Positions 38,570 to 49,175 of a stretch of 64,000 nt of DNA are shown here, in pieces (position 1 is the stretch's first letter; every line of letters begins with the position of its first letter). The position numbers and the translations under genes were made by a program. This DNA comes from an uncultured Methanolobus sp. (GTDB taxonomy: Archaea; Halobacteriota; Methanosarcinia; Methanosarcinales; Methanosarcinaceae): positions 960,001 to 1,024,000 of the forward strand of contig OY776215.1 in the NCBI GenBank assembly GCA_963675495.1, read 5' to 3'. The notes below the pieces were generated by a model that was not told the DNA's origin, did not search any database, and saw nothing but the letters and a program-made list of their open reading frames with translations.

Positions 38570-39496
38570 TCAATATCCCAGCAATATATATTTATTATCA
38601 AAGTAAGCACCTGGTGTTGTAAAGTCGAATACTACAAGAGCTCCAGCTTCTGGTCTCACCTGGAAAGCGACTTCTGTTCTTGGGGGAAGACCATTGTACC
38701 CTTCATCTTCTGCCTGGAAAACCTTGCGTATATCGACTACTATTTCCATGATATCCCCGGTCCTCAACACCGGTTGTGTAGCTTTGAACACTGTTTGATC
38801 ACGGGAGCGTATAGGAATTACTGAAAAATACTCAGACGTAGCTTTATGTACTTCATAGCTGGAATCAGCAGAATCATACCTTACATTGGCAACATGTGTT
38901 CCATCTGAGAGATAGATTATTAATTGTGACAGATCAACATCTTCACTACCCGGTCCAAGAGATACAGAAATATGTAACTTTACAATCTCACCATACTCGA
39001 ATGTATCATTTGCAACTATTATACCAGTGGTGGTGGTGATACCATCATCTATAGTAAAATTGTAAGTCGTGTCCTTTAAAAAACGATATTCGAAGTGCGA
39101 GCCATCGGCAACAGAATCATTTTCTCCATCCACCGATATATCAAAAGCTCCTGAAGAAGACAACCATTCAACCATTTGGCCTTTATAAACCGTTAAATTA
39201 GTATCAGAAACCACACCATCTGTGACCGTTACCGTAGTATATGTTGCACGCTCACCTTCCACACGGTCAATTCTCATGTTAGAAGCAACCTCACGTGTTA
39301 TTTCCTGACCGGTCTGTGATGCTTTCTGCTGCAATACACCAGAAGTCTTTATTAAAAGAGCTGATGCTACTGCAGCCACAAGTACCATTGATATGAAGAT
39401 GATAAGAGTACCTATACCTACTTGTGCACGGTCATCCCTGTGCATCAAATGCTTCTGATTTGCTTTCGTGCAATCCCTCATGAAACGTTTTAGCAA
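38570..39496 (-). CDS. Archaellin (FlaB/ArlB family) with internal insert; start could be 39481 or 39445
   Basis: DDRA|[35 protein letters not shown] prearchaellin N-terminus; [21 protein letters not shown]-terminal motifs. Confidence 0.88.
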   Translation of the reverse strand: MLKRFMRDCTKANQKHLMHRDDRAQVGIGTLIIFISMVLVAAVASALLIKTSGVLQQKASQTGQEITREVASNMRIDRVEGERATYTTVTVTDGVVSDTNLTVYKGQMVEWLSSSGAFDISVDGENDSVADGSHFEYRFLKDTTYNFTIDDGITTTTGIIVANDTFEYGEIVKLHISVSLGPGSEDVDLSQLIIYLSDGTHVANVRYDSADSSYEVHKATSEYFSVIPIRSRDQTVFKATQPVLRTGDIMEIVVDIRKVFQAEDEGYNGLPPRTEVAFQVRPEAGALVVFDFTTPGAYFDNKYILLGY

Positions 39497-39666
39497 TCGT
39501 GTAACGGAATTATATTATTAGACCTACTATATTAATACTGTTATTTAATCTTATTGTGCCGTTAATATAAATATGTGGATATTTATATTCAAATAAGTTG
39601 CTATATATCGGATTATAAAATATATCGTATTTAAAGTAACCTATGAACATTTTACTAGACAAATAA

Positions 39667-40341
39667 TTATAAAAAACAAGTCTTATCCATTAGAATTGCA
39701 CGTGCTGGCGCACCATCACACCCAATTAGTTTCAAAGGGAGACAGATGAAAAAATAAAGGCCAGCTCTTACTTTAGATAAGTGCAAATACTCAACAATAC
39801 TCAATCCATTGCGCAAAAAAAGATTATGGTTTGGCAAGGAAGGATCTGAATCAACAGAAAGAGTATCCACACCAACTACAGTAAATCCATGCTCCATTAT
39901 CCATTCACCGGCAGTTGCCGCAAGCATACGTCCTGAACAAGGAGATTTGCAAGAAGCAGAATGATTTTCTGTTTTTATCAGAAGAACAGACACATCCTCT
40001 TCGTTTGCATATTGTACAAAAAGCTTTTCCAGTTCATCCTCTTTAATGCAGCCATCACCAGAAGATAAGTCAAGCAGAACAGCTTTCCCCATAAAAGATT
40101 CAGGTGTAAGTTCATCAACGCTCTTCCCATCAACGAATATATGAGAGGGTGCATCCACATGAGTGCCGGTATGTGTCCCAATACTCATTCTGGATACCAC
40201 AAAACCATCATTTTTTATTGATGAGACTCTTTCAATAAGTGGTTTTGGATCTCCCTCGTATACTGGAGTATCTGGAGAGATACCAGTAGTTATGTCTATT
40301 GCCTTGAAAGACATTTTAAAAAATGCGGGAGGACATTTCAC
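39667..40341 (-). CDS. Cyclase family protein (kynurenine formamidase-like metal hydrolase)
   Basis: GTHTGTHVDAPSH, VGVDTLSVD, GAPARA. Confidence 0.9.
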   Translation of the reverse strand: MKCPPAFFKMSFKAIDITTGISPDTPVYEGDPKPLIERVSSIKNDGFVVSRMSIGTHTGTHVDAPSHIFVDGKSVDELTPESFMGKAVLLDLSSGDGCIKEDELEKLFVQYANEEDVSVLLIKTENHSASCKSPCSGRMLAATAGEWIMEHGFTVVGVDTLSVDSDPSLPNHNLFLRNGLSIVEYLHLSKVRAGLYFFICLPLKLIGCDGAPARAILMDKTCFL

Positions 40342-40976
40342 TCCAGAAAACGAAGAGAGTTCTCAAGTACAGCCTGTGCCTGCTTTTCATTCAAACCTGC
40401 GCCCATGGCAACTTTTAAAGCAAATTCTTTTGTAATGAGATTATCGGGACTGTGAGCATCCGTATCAACTACAAGAGTGGCACCGGCTTCCATACCAATC
40501 CTTGCAACATGACCATTCGTCCTGTTGTGCCCGTTACGGGCAGTTATCTCAAGGCACACATCATTATCAAGAGCAGTTTCAGCTTCTTCAATAGTAATAA
40601 AACCAGGATGTGCAAGTATATCGACATCTGCAAGTTCAACTGAAGCAGCATTAGTACCTGGCATAACAGGTTCATTTATAGTTTCACCATGAACCACAAC
40701 GATATCAGCGCCCAGTTCTTTTGCCATCCTTGCAAGAGGAGCTATCTTCCGTGGTGGAACATGAGTAATTTCCACACCTACTTTAACCTGAATATCAAGC
40801 TCATCTTCAAGGTACTTGGCCTTACTTACATTTTTCAGAACATGTTCAACATTGGTGAAATCTGCGTGGTCAGTGATACCAATAGCCCTGTATCCATGAA
40901 CTACAGCCCGTCGTACAAGTTCACTAGGGATTAGCTCACCATCACTGAAAATAGTATGAGTGTGCATATCTATCAT
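40338..40976 (-). CDS. PHP-domain phosphoesterase (histidinol phosphatase-like)
   Basis: IDMHTHTIFSDG, ITDH, ILAHPG, TDAH. Confidence 0.9.
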   Translation of the reverse strand: MIDMHTHTIFSDGELIPSELVRRAVVHGYRAIGITDHADFTNVEHVLKNVSKAKYLEDELDIQVKVGVEITHVPPRKIAPLARMAKELGADIVVVHGETINEPVMPGTNAASVELADVDILAHPGFITIEEAETALDNDVCLEITARNGHNRTNGHVARIGMEAGATLVVDTDAHSPDNLITKEFALKVAMGAGLNEKQAQAVLENSLRFLE

Positions 40977-41134
40977 AAAAATACCTCATTAATTATGAGA
41001 ATGGATTCTTCTATGTTCTGAAATTACATAAAGTCATTCATAGGAAAGCAAAAATAGTATAATGTTTTACATGCAATGCTTAAAAGTATAAATATTCATA
41101 TAACTATGACTTTCTGATAAGGAAGGATGAAAAA

Positions 41135-41425
41135 TTGACAGGAATTAGAAGATTGGTTCTGGATGTGCTTAAACCCCATCATCCATCAATTGTTGAATTG
41201 TCTACGACACTAAGTATACTTCCAGGAGTACATGGCGTGAACCTCAGTCTTTATGAAGTAGACCAACAAACAGAAACGGTCAAGATCACCGTTGAGGGGG
41301 AAAACCTGGATTATGAAGAAATAAAACAGTCCATAGAGAATCTCGGCGCGGTTATCCACAGCATAGATGAGATAGCTGCCGGAAAGAGGCTTGTGGAAGA
41401 AGTTGAGACACTACAGGAGAGATAA
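41135..41425 (+). CDS. DUF211 family protein
   Basis: [14 protein letters not shown]...GAVIHSIDE signature. Confidence 0.88.
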   Translation: MTGIRRLVLDVLKPHHPSIVELSTTLSILPGVHGVNLSLYEVDQQTETVKITVEGENLDYEEIKQSIENLGAVIHSIDEIAAGKRLVEEVETLQER

Positions 41426-41437
41426 AGGCACAATGTC

Positions 41438-41483
41438 ACTGTCCTCTTTATGACAGGACATCTTTTTTTTGTTTTCATTTTTC
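41438..41483. terminator. Putative terminator between convergent genes
   Basis: TGTCCT..AGGACA stem followed by a long T tract. Confidence 0.5.
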
Positions 41484-42530
41484 TCAAAGGCTGTTATTGG
41501 CCTTTGCAATATTACGAAAGACACCCTCATGCTCTATGGGAAAAAGGCCAACGTTGAACACATTCAGTGCCTTGTAATAAGCATTTATAGCCATTTCAAC
41601 ATTGCTTTCTTTATCACCTATTTCAGACATTGAAAAATATGCATTTCCAAGGTTGTTCTGAACAGTAGCATACTCTAAAGGACGATTTTCCATTGTATAT
41701 ATTTCAAGGGCATTATTAAAAGCAATTATAGCACTGTCCAGGTTCTTTTTTTTATCGCTGGATTCTGACATTTCAACATAGAGATTACCAAGATTATTCT
41801 GAATTCCTGCATACTCCAAAGGATATGTATCTATCCTGAAAACCCTCAGTGATTCGTCATATGCAGCGAGGGCATTTTGGTGGTAGAGAGTATTACCCGT
41901 TGCTGTGCCAGCTTTACGCCAGGCATTTCCAAGATCGTTATGTATGGAAGCAAAATAAATTGGGTCCACAGCTATAGAATAATAATCAAGTGCTTCGTTG
42001 TAATGAATGACAGAATTGTTTACATTACTTTCAACATCCTGAAAATCAGACAATTTCAAATATGCTTCACCCATGCCATACTGCACCTTGGCACGCTGAG
42101 CAGGATATTTATCATTTACAACAAATTTCAAAGAAGAATTATATGAGGAGATACTATTCTGCAAATGATATGAAGCATTTGTATTGTCTACTAAAGCCAT
42201 TTCTTGATATGTAATCCCAAGATAATAGAAAGTCATTCCGTATTCAAGAGGAAACTCACGAGATTCAATTGTTTCAAATACTGATCTGTAAAGGTCCAAT
42301 GCCCGATCATAGTTACCCTCTTCCCGCATTGTTGATGCTTTTTCCCAGGAGGAATCTATCCTATATGCTGCCGTTTGTTTTTGTACATAGTCACCAAAGA
42401 GACCATGGCTTAGTACAAGACCCACAATAATGGCAAGAAATACAAACAAATATTTTGAATGACTTTTGGGGGTGGGGATTTTAGTATTCATATGATCATA
42501 ATCGGCATATTTTGCAACATATTTTAACAA
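41484..42530 (-). CDS. Membrane-anchored tetratricopeptide repeat protein
   Basis: N-terminal TM; repeated PLEYAxxQNNLGNxY...AIxAxxxAL units. Confidence 0.85.
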   Translation of the reverse strand: MLKYVAKYADYDHMNTKIPTPKSHSKYLFVFLAIIVGLVLSHGLFGDYVQKQTAAYRIDSSWEKASTMREEGNYDRALDLYRSVFETIESREFPLEYGMTFYYLGITYQEMALVDNTNASYHLQNSISSYNSSLKFVVNDKYPAQRAKVQYGMGEAYLKLSDFQDVESNVNNSVIHYNEALDYYSIAVDPIYFASIHNDLGNAWRKAGTATGNTLYHQNALAAYDESLRVFRIDTYPLEYAGIQNNLGNLYVEMSESSDKKKNLDSAIIAFNNALEIYTMENRPLEYATVQNNLGNAYFSMSEIGDKESNVEMAINAYYKALNVFNVGLFPIEHEGVFRNIAKANNSL

Positions 42531-42646
42531 AAAGAAGAAGGTGCTTTTTAATAAAGCAACACATGTACAATTGGAAAACCAGTATAAAAAGCAGACGCAT
42601 TTTCAAATGAATATGCAATTCTGATCTAACTGGTTTAATATGACTA

Positions 42647-43420
42647 TTAGTCCAAATTCCCAATTACTTCTGCAAAGGCAAAGTTCGGCTTTACATCCTG
42701 GATCTTTATCCTTACACGGTCCCCAAGCTCAACACCTTTGACAAAAACTACAAAATTGTCTATTAGAACCGCACCATCACCACTTGAGCCAAGTTCTTTG
42801 ATCTCAACTTCAAACTCATTACCACGCCTGACAGGTGAAGTGAGGAACTTTTTCCCAATTACGTAGATCTCAGCACTCTGAGATCGTGAAGCTTTGGGAG
42901 AATAAGAGCGTGTATAAGTGAAATTGTCCTTTACCTCTTCAAGAAACTCATTGAACATATCCCCCTGGAAGACCTTTACAACAAAATGCCCCCCTGGCTT
43001 GAGTATCTTCTTTGCGCATCCAAGAGCAGACCGGGTGAGATCAATGGACCTTGCATGATCATAACTCCAGTTACCACTAAGATTTGGCGCAGCATCGCAT
43101 ATCACAACATCTGCTCCTGCCTGTCCGACAAGTCCCAGGATCTTTTCAATTGTTCGGTCGGCAGTGATGTCACCAACGATAGTCTCAACATCTTCAATTG
43201 GGGAAATCTTCCTGAGATCAACACCAACTACCCGTCCACCTGATAGTTCCTTTGCGACTTCAAGCCAGCCTCCGGGTGCTGCACCCAGATCCACAATCGT
43301 ATCATCTTCTTTTATGATCTTGTGTTTTCCGTTAATCTGAAAAAGCTTGTAAGATGCCCTTGAACGATAACCTTCGTCCTTAGCTTTCCAGTAATACTTG
43401 TCGCGTCTGTCTCTTGCCAT
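42647..43420 (-). CDS. rlmE: 23S rRNA Um2552 2'-O-methyltransferase RlmE/FtsJ with C-terminal TRAM domain
   Basis: GYRSRASYKL, VDLGAAPGGW, DAAPNLSG, KVFQG; TRAM tail GDGAV...FAFAEV. Confidence 0.95.
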   Translation of the reverse strand: MARDRRDKYYWKAKDEGYRSRASYKLFQINGKHKIIKEDDTIVDLGAAPGGWLEVAKELSGGRVVGVDLRKISPIEDVETIVGDITADRTIEKILGLVGQAGADVVICDAAPNLSGNWSYDHARSIDLTRSALGCAKKILKPGGHFVVKVFQGDMFNEFLEEVKDNFTYTRSYSPKASRSQSAEIYVIGKKFLTSPVRRGNEFEVEIKELGSSGDGAVLIDNFVVFVKGVELGDRVRIKIQDVKPNFAFAEVIGNLD

Positions 43421-43445
43421 ATGAATACCTGATACTACCTAAAAG

Positions 43446-44027
43446 TCAAATACCTTGTGCCGACTTCAGAGATTCGATCCTGTTACTGAGTTCCTGGATC
43501 TCAGCCCCAATGCCGGACATATCACCTGGAAGCCAGAAACTGTAATCATAAAACTGGTTCAGTATGTCACTATACCTATGTTCAAGGTTTTCCAAATCTT
43601 TCGGATGAAATTTACCCTTATTGACAGAATCTATTTTGCCTTCAAGATTTTTAATCCTTTTATGCAGATTTTTGCTGAATCTGCTGGCCACCCTGCTAAA
43701 GTCAACTTCCCTCCTTTCCATTACAAGTATATCAATGACCTCGCTCAGATCGAAAGGGACTTCCGGAAAGGCGTTTGGTCCCGATATATAATAGGAAAGG
43801 TCATCCTCATCCAGACCTTCAACCTCTTCCCAGGAAACAACAGCAATAAGATGTTCTTTTTCAGCCTCTTCACAAATGTTTTTTATCGAAGGCAAAGTCA
43901 ATGGAACACTGCCCCTAAGTAAATATAATTCCTTTGTAACTGAATAAATTTCCCCTATCGACAGAGCACCAAGAGCATCGATTATTCCACAGAGTTCTTC
44001 TTTGCTTATCATATCAACCGGCCTCAT
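43446..44027 (-). CDS. Conserved hypothetical protein
   Basis: 193-aa ORF translationally coupled to the upstream gene; GIIDALGALS and GPNAFP motifs. Confidence 0.65.
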   Translation of the reverse strand: MRPVDMISKEELCGIIDALGALSIGEIYSVTKELYLLRGSVPLTLPSIKNICEEAEKEHLIAVVSWEEVEGLDEDDLSYYISGPNAFPEVPFDLSEVIDILVMERREVDFSRVASRFSKNLHKRIKNLEGKIDSVNKGKFHPKDLENLEHRYSDILNQFYDYSFWLPGDMSGIGAEIQELSNRIESLKSAQGI

Positions 44028-45052
44028 CAGAACCTATATCTGCGATATATCAATATCTGCTTTAGGATATCTGAAACGTTATTCTTTTCTATGCGAATGT
44101 CAGAAGAAGACAATACCTGTTCAATATCCAGTTGAGCATCCATCGTAATTTCCCTTGCAAGCTGTGGGTCACCTGCTAAAATGAGATAGTCGATACTATC
44201 TTCGAATTCTTCAAGCAAACCTTTTAAGGAGCCTTTGACCTTGTCAATATGATGTGCAATATCCTCATCTCTTAGGCGCTCAAACCTTCTCTGACTGAAA
44301 CCTCCTTTTGCATGCTTGGCCTTGACACTGCTTTTTATCACCTGAAACGACTCAAACTCCACACGGTCAAATGATAGACCGACAAATGACTCACCTGCAT
44401 GCGCCACTAGGACGCACATACTTGCATCCTCATTTAGAGATTCCACGAAAGGAGTTGTGTCAAAATGGTCCCCGGTGTTCCAGCAAGACCTCTTCAGAGG
44501 CAAAGGAGGAACAATTAGTTCATTTATCATGTGGTCAGGAGAATAGAAAAGTACAAAACCTGTTGATGAGGCTATCTTCTCGATCAACACAAGAGTTTCA
44601 TTGTCAATCCTTTCAATCAGGTTTTCATGGTCCTTTATGTTATTCAGTTGTTCCCCGGCAGCAACATAGACCGTTAGTAGTGATTCTGTAGGGTACTTTA
44701 CAGATGAAATGGACGATATAAACTCTTCAGTTCGTTGCTTACTGAACTGGTCAACATGGGTAAAAGATAATTCCCCGGGAGTATCAGTCCTTTGTTTTTC
44801 AAGTTCGTGTTCCAGAGTAAGAAGTTTTACCTCTATAGATTTTAGTCCCTCTTCAGCTTCCTGTTTTGCTGCAATGGCTTTCTTTTCGGATGCCGCACTT
44901 TTTTCATGTCGTATATTAGCAGTCTTCACATCCAGCTCAAGCTCGAGTATGTGTGACTGAAGCCTGTTTATCTCAGTTTCCAGTTCTTCTTTACCTGAAT
45001 ATTTCTTGAAGATATAATTGATATTATTAAGAACCCTGTCTTTTTCGACCAT
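44027..45052 (-). CDS. VLRF1 (Vms1/ANKZF1-like, eRF1-family) release factor protein with N-terminal coiled coil
   Basis: VKAKHAKGGFSQRRFERLR motif. Confidence 0.85.
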   Translation of the reverse strand: MVEKDRVLNNINYIFKKYSGKEELETEINRLQSHILELELDVKTANIRHEKSAASEKKAIAAKQEAEEGLKSIEVKLLTLEHELEKQRTDTPGELSFTHVDQFSKQRTEEFISSISSVKYPTESLLTVYVAAGEQLNNIKDHENLIERIDNETLVLIEKIASSTGFVLFYSPDHMINELIVPPLPLKRSCWNTGDHFDTTPFVESLNEDASMCVLVAHAGESFVGLSFDRVEFESFQVIKSSVKAKHAKGGFSQRRFERLRDEDIAHHIDKVKGSLKGLLEEFEDSIDYLILAGDPQLAREITMDAQLDIEQVLSSSDIRIEKNNVSDILKQILIYRRYRF

Positions 45053-45168
45053 CTACCTGCAATAAAAACGTCCTGTATAAAAAATCTGTCTATATGAAAT
45101 GATATAATCAAAACATAAACTACATTCAAATGAATAAAATGCTAAAAAAGGAAAATTAAAAAAGAATA

Positions 45169-45978
45169 TCAGGCATCCATCACAAGACGGAAACCTATTG
45201 AAGAGTCACCATCGCGAGGATCCTGTTTCTTTCTGTATGCCGTGTAGAGTGCATTTTCCTTGCTTGAGAAACTGCCTCCTCTTGCAATCCTCATGGAACT
45301 TGCTCCTTTCTCAACAGCACTCCCATCTTCGCTTGCGCCAGAATAACCATCCACCCAGCTATCCTGAACATATTCCCAGACATTGCCGTGGACATCATAA
45401 AGTCCCCATGGATTTGGGAGTTTTTCACCTACATTGTGGGTTTTTTCATATGAGTTCTCCTGATACCATGCATAGTCTCCCAGGAAAGGACCGTCATCCT
45501 CATCTATTTCACCAAATGAATAGAGAGTTGTAGTACCTGCTGCTGCTGCATATTCCCATTCTGCTTCAGTTGGGAGCCTGTACTTTGTAGTACCCTCCAT
45601 CTCATTGAGTTTGTCAATGAATTCCTGAACCTCATTCCACGAAACACTTTCAACAGGCTGGTCTTCACCTTGAAACTCTGAAGGATTGCTGCCCATTACT
45701 GCTGCCCACTGCGCCTGAGTTACCTCATATTTCCCAATGTAAAAATCATTTGCAAGCCTTACTTCATGAATTGGCTGTGAGTATGCATACTTGGATGTAC
45801 CCATGTCAAAGCTTCCGGCTTCAATTAACTGGAATTCGGCATCAAAAGAGCTTGTTGATGATCCTGATGCTCCGCGGTCTTCACTATCGCTACCACTATC
45901 ATCTGAACATCCTGTTACAGATATTGCAAGCAGGAGCACTGCTAAAATTGTAATTATTTGTTTCGTACCTATCCGCAT
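45169..45978 (-). CDS. FGE-sulfatase (SUMF1) domain lipoprotein
   Basis: Lipobox VTGC; KYEVTQAQW, YRLPTEAEWEYAA, PNPWGLYDVHGNVWE, IGFRL. Confidence 0.9.
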   Translation of the reverse strand: MRIGTKQIITILAVLLLAISVTGCSDDSGSDSEDRGASGSSTSSFDAEFQLIEAGSFDMGTSKYAYSQPIHEVRLANDFYIGKYEVTQAQWAAVMGSNPSEFQGEDQPVESVSWNEVQEFIDKLNEMEGTTKYRLPTEAEWEYAAAAGTTTLYSFGEIDEDDGPFLGDYAWYQENSYEKTHNVGEKLPNPWGLYDVHGNVWEYVQDSWVDGYSGASEDGSAVEKGASSMRIARGGSFSSKENALYTAYRKKQDPRDGDSSIGFRLVMDA

Positions 45979-46102
45979 AATAAGTCCTCTTTGAGAGATT
46001 TTTCAGACACTATAATATTAATAGATATCTATTTGATACTTGTTGGTACAGTAGAAATATACAAATATAGATAAAACATATTGATGAAATTGTGATTATT
46101 CG

Positions 46103-47335
46103 ATGAAAAAAATAACAAGTATTTTGATCACTGTTTTACTTATAACAACCATGGGAATAGGTTGCGTTGAATCGACTGAAGAAACAGCGGTTGAATCCGG
46201 CGATATAACCATCGGAGCACTTTTGCCACTTACAGGCAACCTCGCCTCGATCGGTGAAGCAAGCCAGGCAGCGCTTGAAGTGTCAAGCAAGGACGTTAAC
46301 GACTATTTCTCAGGACTTGGCTCAGAAACAAGCGTGGAAGTAATTGTAAAAGATACTGAGAGTGAACCGGAGAAAGCTCTGGAACAGCTCAAGGAACTTG
46401 AAGAGATGGGAATTAAGATCGTAATTGGTCCACAGGCAAGCAATGAGGCAGAAGCGGTCCTGGAATATGCAACCGAGAATGGCATGATCCTTCTGAGTAC
46501 TGCATCAACGGCTCCAGCTTTAGCAATTCCTGAAGACAATCTGTTCAGACTCGTACCTGACGACACCAAACAGGGACTGGGCATCGCTACACTAATGAAA
46601 GAAGAAGGAATTAGTGTTGTAATCCCAATGTACAGGAATGACGTATGGGGCAACGGACTCTCTGATGAAGTAAAAATTAGTTTTGAAACTCTTGGCGGTA
46701 CAGTACTGGAAGGCGTTACATATGAAATTGATAATGAAGACCTTTCCGCAGAAGTAGAATCACTTAATGAGAAAGTAACAGCAGCCACTTCAGAATACGA
46801 TGCCGGCTCTGTAGCAGTACTCCTTTGCTCTCATGGAGAGGCAACCGAGATATTTACTCTGGCCCAGGACTATCCAGCTCTGTCAACTGTCAACTGGTAT
46901 GGAAGTGACGGAATAGCACTTAACAGTGAACTTGTCAACAATGATGATGCAGCCAGCTTTGCTGTAGCAACCAATCTCATGGCACCAATATACGGAAGTG
47001 ATGGAAGGAACATTAAATATCAGGAAATTGGATCCAGAATTGAAGAAGAGATTGGAAGACTTCCTGATACTTACGCATACGCTACATATGACGCCCTCTG
47101 GATACTTACATTTGTAGACCTTGATTCAAACCCTGAAGATGAGGAAAGTGTAAAACTGGCAATGGATACACTCGCTGAATTACACTATGGTGTCACAGGA
47201 TGGGCAAAACTCGATGAGGACGGGGACAGAGAACACTGGAACTACGACATATGGACCGTGACTGAAGAAGATGGAAGTTACCAGTGGGAGCTTGCTGCAA
47301 GATACTTCTGTCATTTAGGCTTAGAGTTATTGTAA
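46103..47335 (+). CDS. Branched-chain amino acid/LivJ-type ABC substrate-binding lipoprotein (no transporter genes nearby)
   Basis: Lipobox GIGC; IGALLPLTG, STASTAP, NLFRLVPDD, ATYDA. Confidence 0.85.
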   Translation: MKKITSILITVLLITTMGIGCVESTEETAVESGDITIGALLPLTGNLASIGEASQAALEVSSKDVNDYFSGLGSETSVEVIVKDTESEPEKALEQLKELEEMGIKIVIGPQASNEAEAVLEYATENGMILLSTASTAPALAIPEDNLFRLVPDDTKQGLGIATLMKEEGISVVIPMYRNDVWGNGLSDEVKISFETLGGTVLEGVTYEIDNEDLSAEVESLNEKVTAATSEYDAGSVAVLLCSHGEATEIFTLAQDYPALSTVNWYGSDGIALNSELVNNDDAASFAVATNLMAPIYGSDGRNIKYQEIGSRIEEEIGRLPDTYAYATYDALWILTFVDLDSNPEDEESVKLAMDTLAELHYGVTGWAKLDEDGDREHWNYDIWTVTEEDGSYQWELAARYFCHLGLELL

Positions 47336-47366
47336 ATCAAGAATAGAAAAACAATATTTATTGAAT

Positions 47367-47410
47367 AAATGTGGTGTACTCACACCACATATTTACTTTT
47401 TTGTTTTTGT
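47367..47410. terminator. Putative terminator between convergent genes
   Basis: ATGTGGTG-TACTCA-CACCACAT hairpin followed by T tracts. Confidence 0.6.
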
Positions 47411-47446
47411 TACATTCTTTTTCTGTTGCGTATTCTGTTATGAGAA

Positions 47447-48469
47447 CTACTCAAAATACTCGAACGCATCGATTATGTCCAGATAGACACCATCAAAGTC
47501 CGCATCCAGTATCATATCAAGATACGCACCCTCATCCCCATAGATGAGAGTCTGCCACTCTTCATCCCAGTAGCGCACCTTATAGTTGTCTTCCCAGTCA
47601 GGGTTCTCTGTTCCAAGCCACTCAGGCGATCCTATACGCCATGAATCATCCCAGTAGTAGCGATAGCTTTCAGACTCACCGATACTCATGTAGGCGATTA
47701 CAATACGTGAACCACCGTTGGATTTTGTTTTCAGAGAAGTAACATCGTCTGCTTCCAGGGGAATATCATAATAGAACAGGTCGATGAGAATTATATCGTA
47801 GTCCGTTTCCTGCAAGGTTTCCAGAAACTCTTCCTTGCTGTCAAATGTTTCAGGATTGATCATGTACAGGAAATTCTTCGCATCATCAAGCGAAATAACA
47901 TCATCTGCATTTACATTGAAAGGCTTCACCGGATAATCCGGGATTGTATCAAGCCCCCTGCTCTCAGCAGCGAAGGAAATGTAATCCCTGTCGGCATTCT
48001 CACGAGAGGAAGCATCGACATACGATTCATTCCAGCAATAATCAGTTACAAGAACCACCACACCGTTGTCCCTGGCAATATCAAGCAATGATTCCATGTA
48101 TTCAGTATCTTCCTCGTTTGTTGCCACGTTATCGTCATCATAGCCAAAGAAGAGGTCTTCCCTGCCAACTCCATCTATGGCTGCAATGTAATCCTGTACA
48201 ACTGGGTCATCAGGATGTCCACCTGACGTGAGTAGTTCCTGACCATTCTGCGGGATTATTATGAAATCCGGGTTCTTTTGTTTTGAGTAAGTGCTGATGC
48301 CGATGACAAAATCACGCATTTGCTGGCGGTAGTCTTGATCTGAAACGGAACTATCGATAGGAGCATCAGATTTAGTATCCAGACATCCTGACGGCAGGAG
48401 TATCAATGTAACGAGAAAAATAGCTGCAAGTAATTTTAGGTCCATATATGGATAGTATGGCAAGAACAA
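47447..48469 (-). CDS. GH114-like endo-alpha-1,4-polygalactosaminidase lipoprotein (MJ1477/TM1410 type)
   Basis: Lipobox PSGC; IIPQNGQEL, IAYMSIGESESYRYYW, ENPDW, FDGVYLDIIDAFEY. Confidence 0.82.
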   Translation of the reverse strand: MFLPYYPYMDLKLLAAIFLVTLILLPSGCLDTKSDAPIDSSVSDQDYRQQMRDFVIGISTYSKQKNPDFIIIPQNGQELLTSGGHPDDPVVQDYIAAIDGVGREDLFFGYDDDNVATNEEDTEYMESLLDIARDNGVVVLVTDYCWNESYVDASSRENADRDYISFAAESRGLDTIPDYPVKPFNVNADDVISLDDAKNFLYMINPETFDSKEEFLETLQETDYDIILIDLFYYDIPLEADDVTSLKTKSNGGSRIVIAYMSIGESESYRYYWDDSWRIGSPEWLGTENPDWEDNYKVRYWDEEWQTLIYGDEGAYLDMILDADFDGVYLDIIDAFEYFE

Positions 48470-48477
48470 AATAAATG

Positions 48478-49017
48478 TTAGTCTTCACCCGCATCATAAT
48501 CAGGATTCATCCATGCCATAGGAATATCCGCCTCAAATCCACCGTCCTTTCTGCGAACCTTATTCTTGAATCTACCTTCCTCGACAAAACCAAGTGATCT
48601 GTAAAGTTTTCTGGCAGCATGGTTGCTCTCTTTGCTTATCAGTTCGATTCTGAGGACGTCAGGGTGTTCTGCCCTTACTTTATCGAGCATGGTAGTGAAA
48701 AGCGTCCTACCAATACCTTTATTCTGAAAGGATGGATGCACGGCAATTGTCAGGTGCTCGAATACATGAGAGAACACACTTAAAGATGAACGATATGTGT
48801 GTATCTCGGCAATTATACGGTCGCTCTCAGTATCATCGACCACGAGGATGATGCCATCTGCAAGACTGTTTATGAGGAACTTTTCTATGTATCCCTCTGT
48901 GACCTCGTGGGGTTCACGGATAATACCGCCGGAGCGCGAGACTACCTCACGGTAGAGAGTGAGGAGTTTGTGTTTATCTGCGAGCGTTGCGGAGCGAGGA
49001 ATTAATGGAGAAGTCAA
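48478..49017 (-). CDS. GNAT family N-acetyltransferase
   Basis: IAVHPSFQNKGIG acetyl-CoA motif, N.AARKLYRSLGF. Confidence 0.9.
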   Translation of the reverse strand: MTSPLIPRSATLADKHKLLTLYREVVSRSGGIIREPHEVTEGYIEKFLINSLADGIILVVDDTESDRIIAEIHTYRSSLSVFSHVFEHLTIAVHPSFQNKGIGRTLFTTMLDKVRAEHPDVLRIELISKESNHAARKLYRSLGFVEEGRFKNKVRRKDGGFEADIPMAWMNPDYDAGED

Positions 49018-49175
49018 TGTAAAGTCACCTTTTATTCAATCTGTAAACCTAATATTGTCCTAGTATATTATAGTGATATAATAAATGGCTTAAAATGCAC
49101 TAAAAACTGCGAACTATTTTATCCACCTTACTTAAATACTAAAAATCCAGTTATTTAATCAAAAAAGGACATAAT

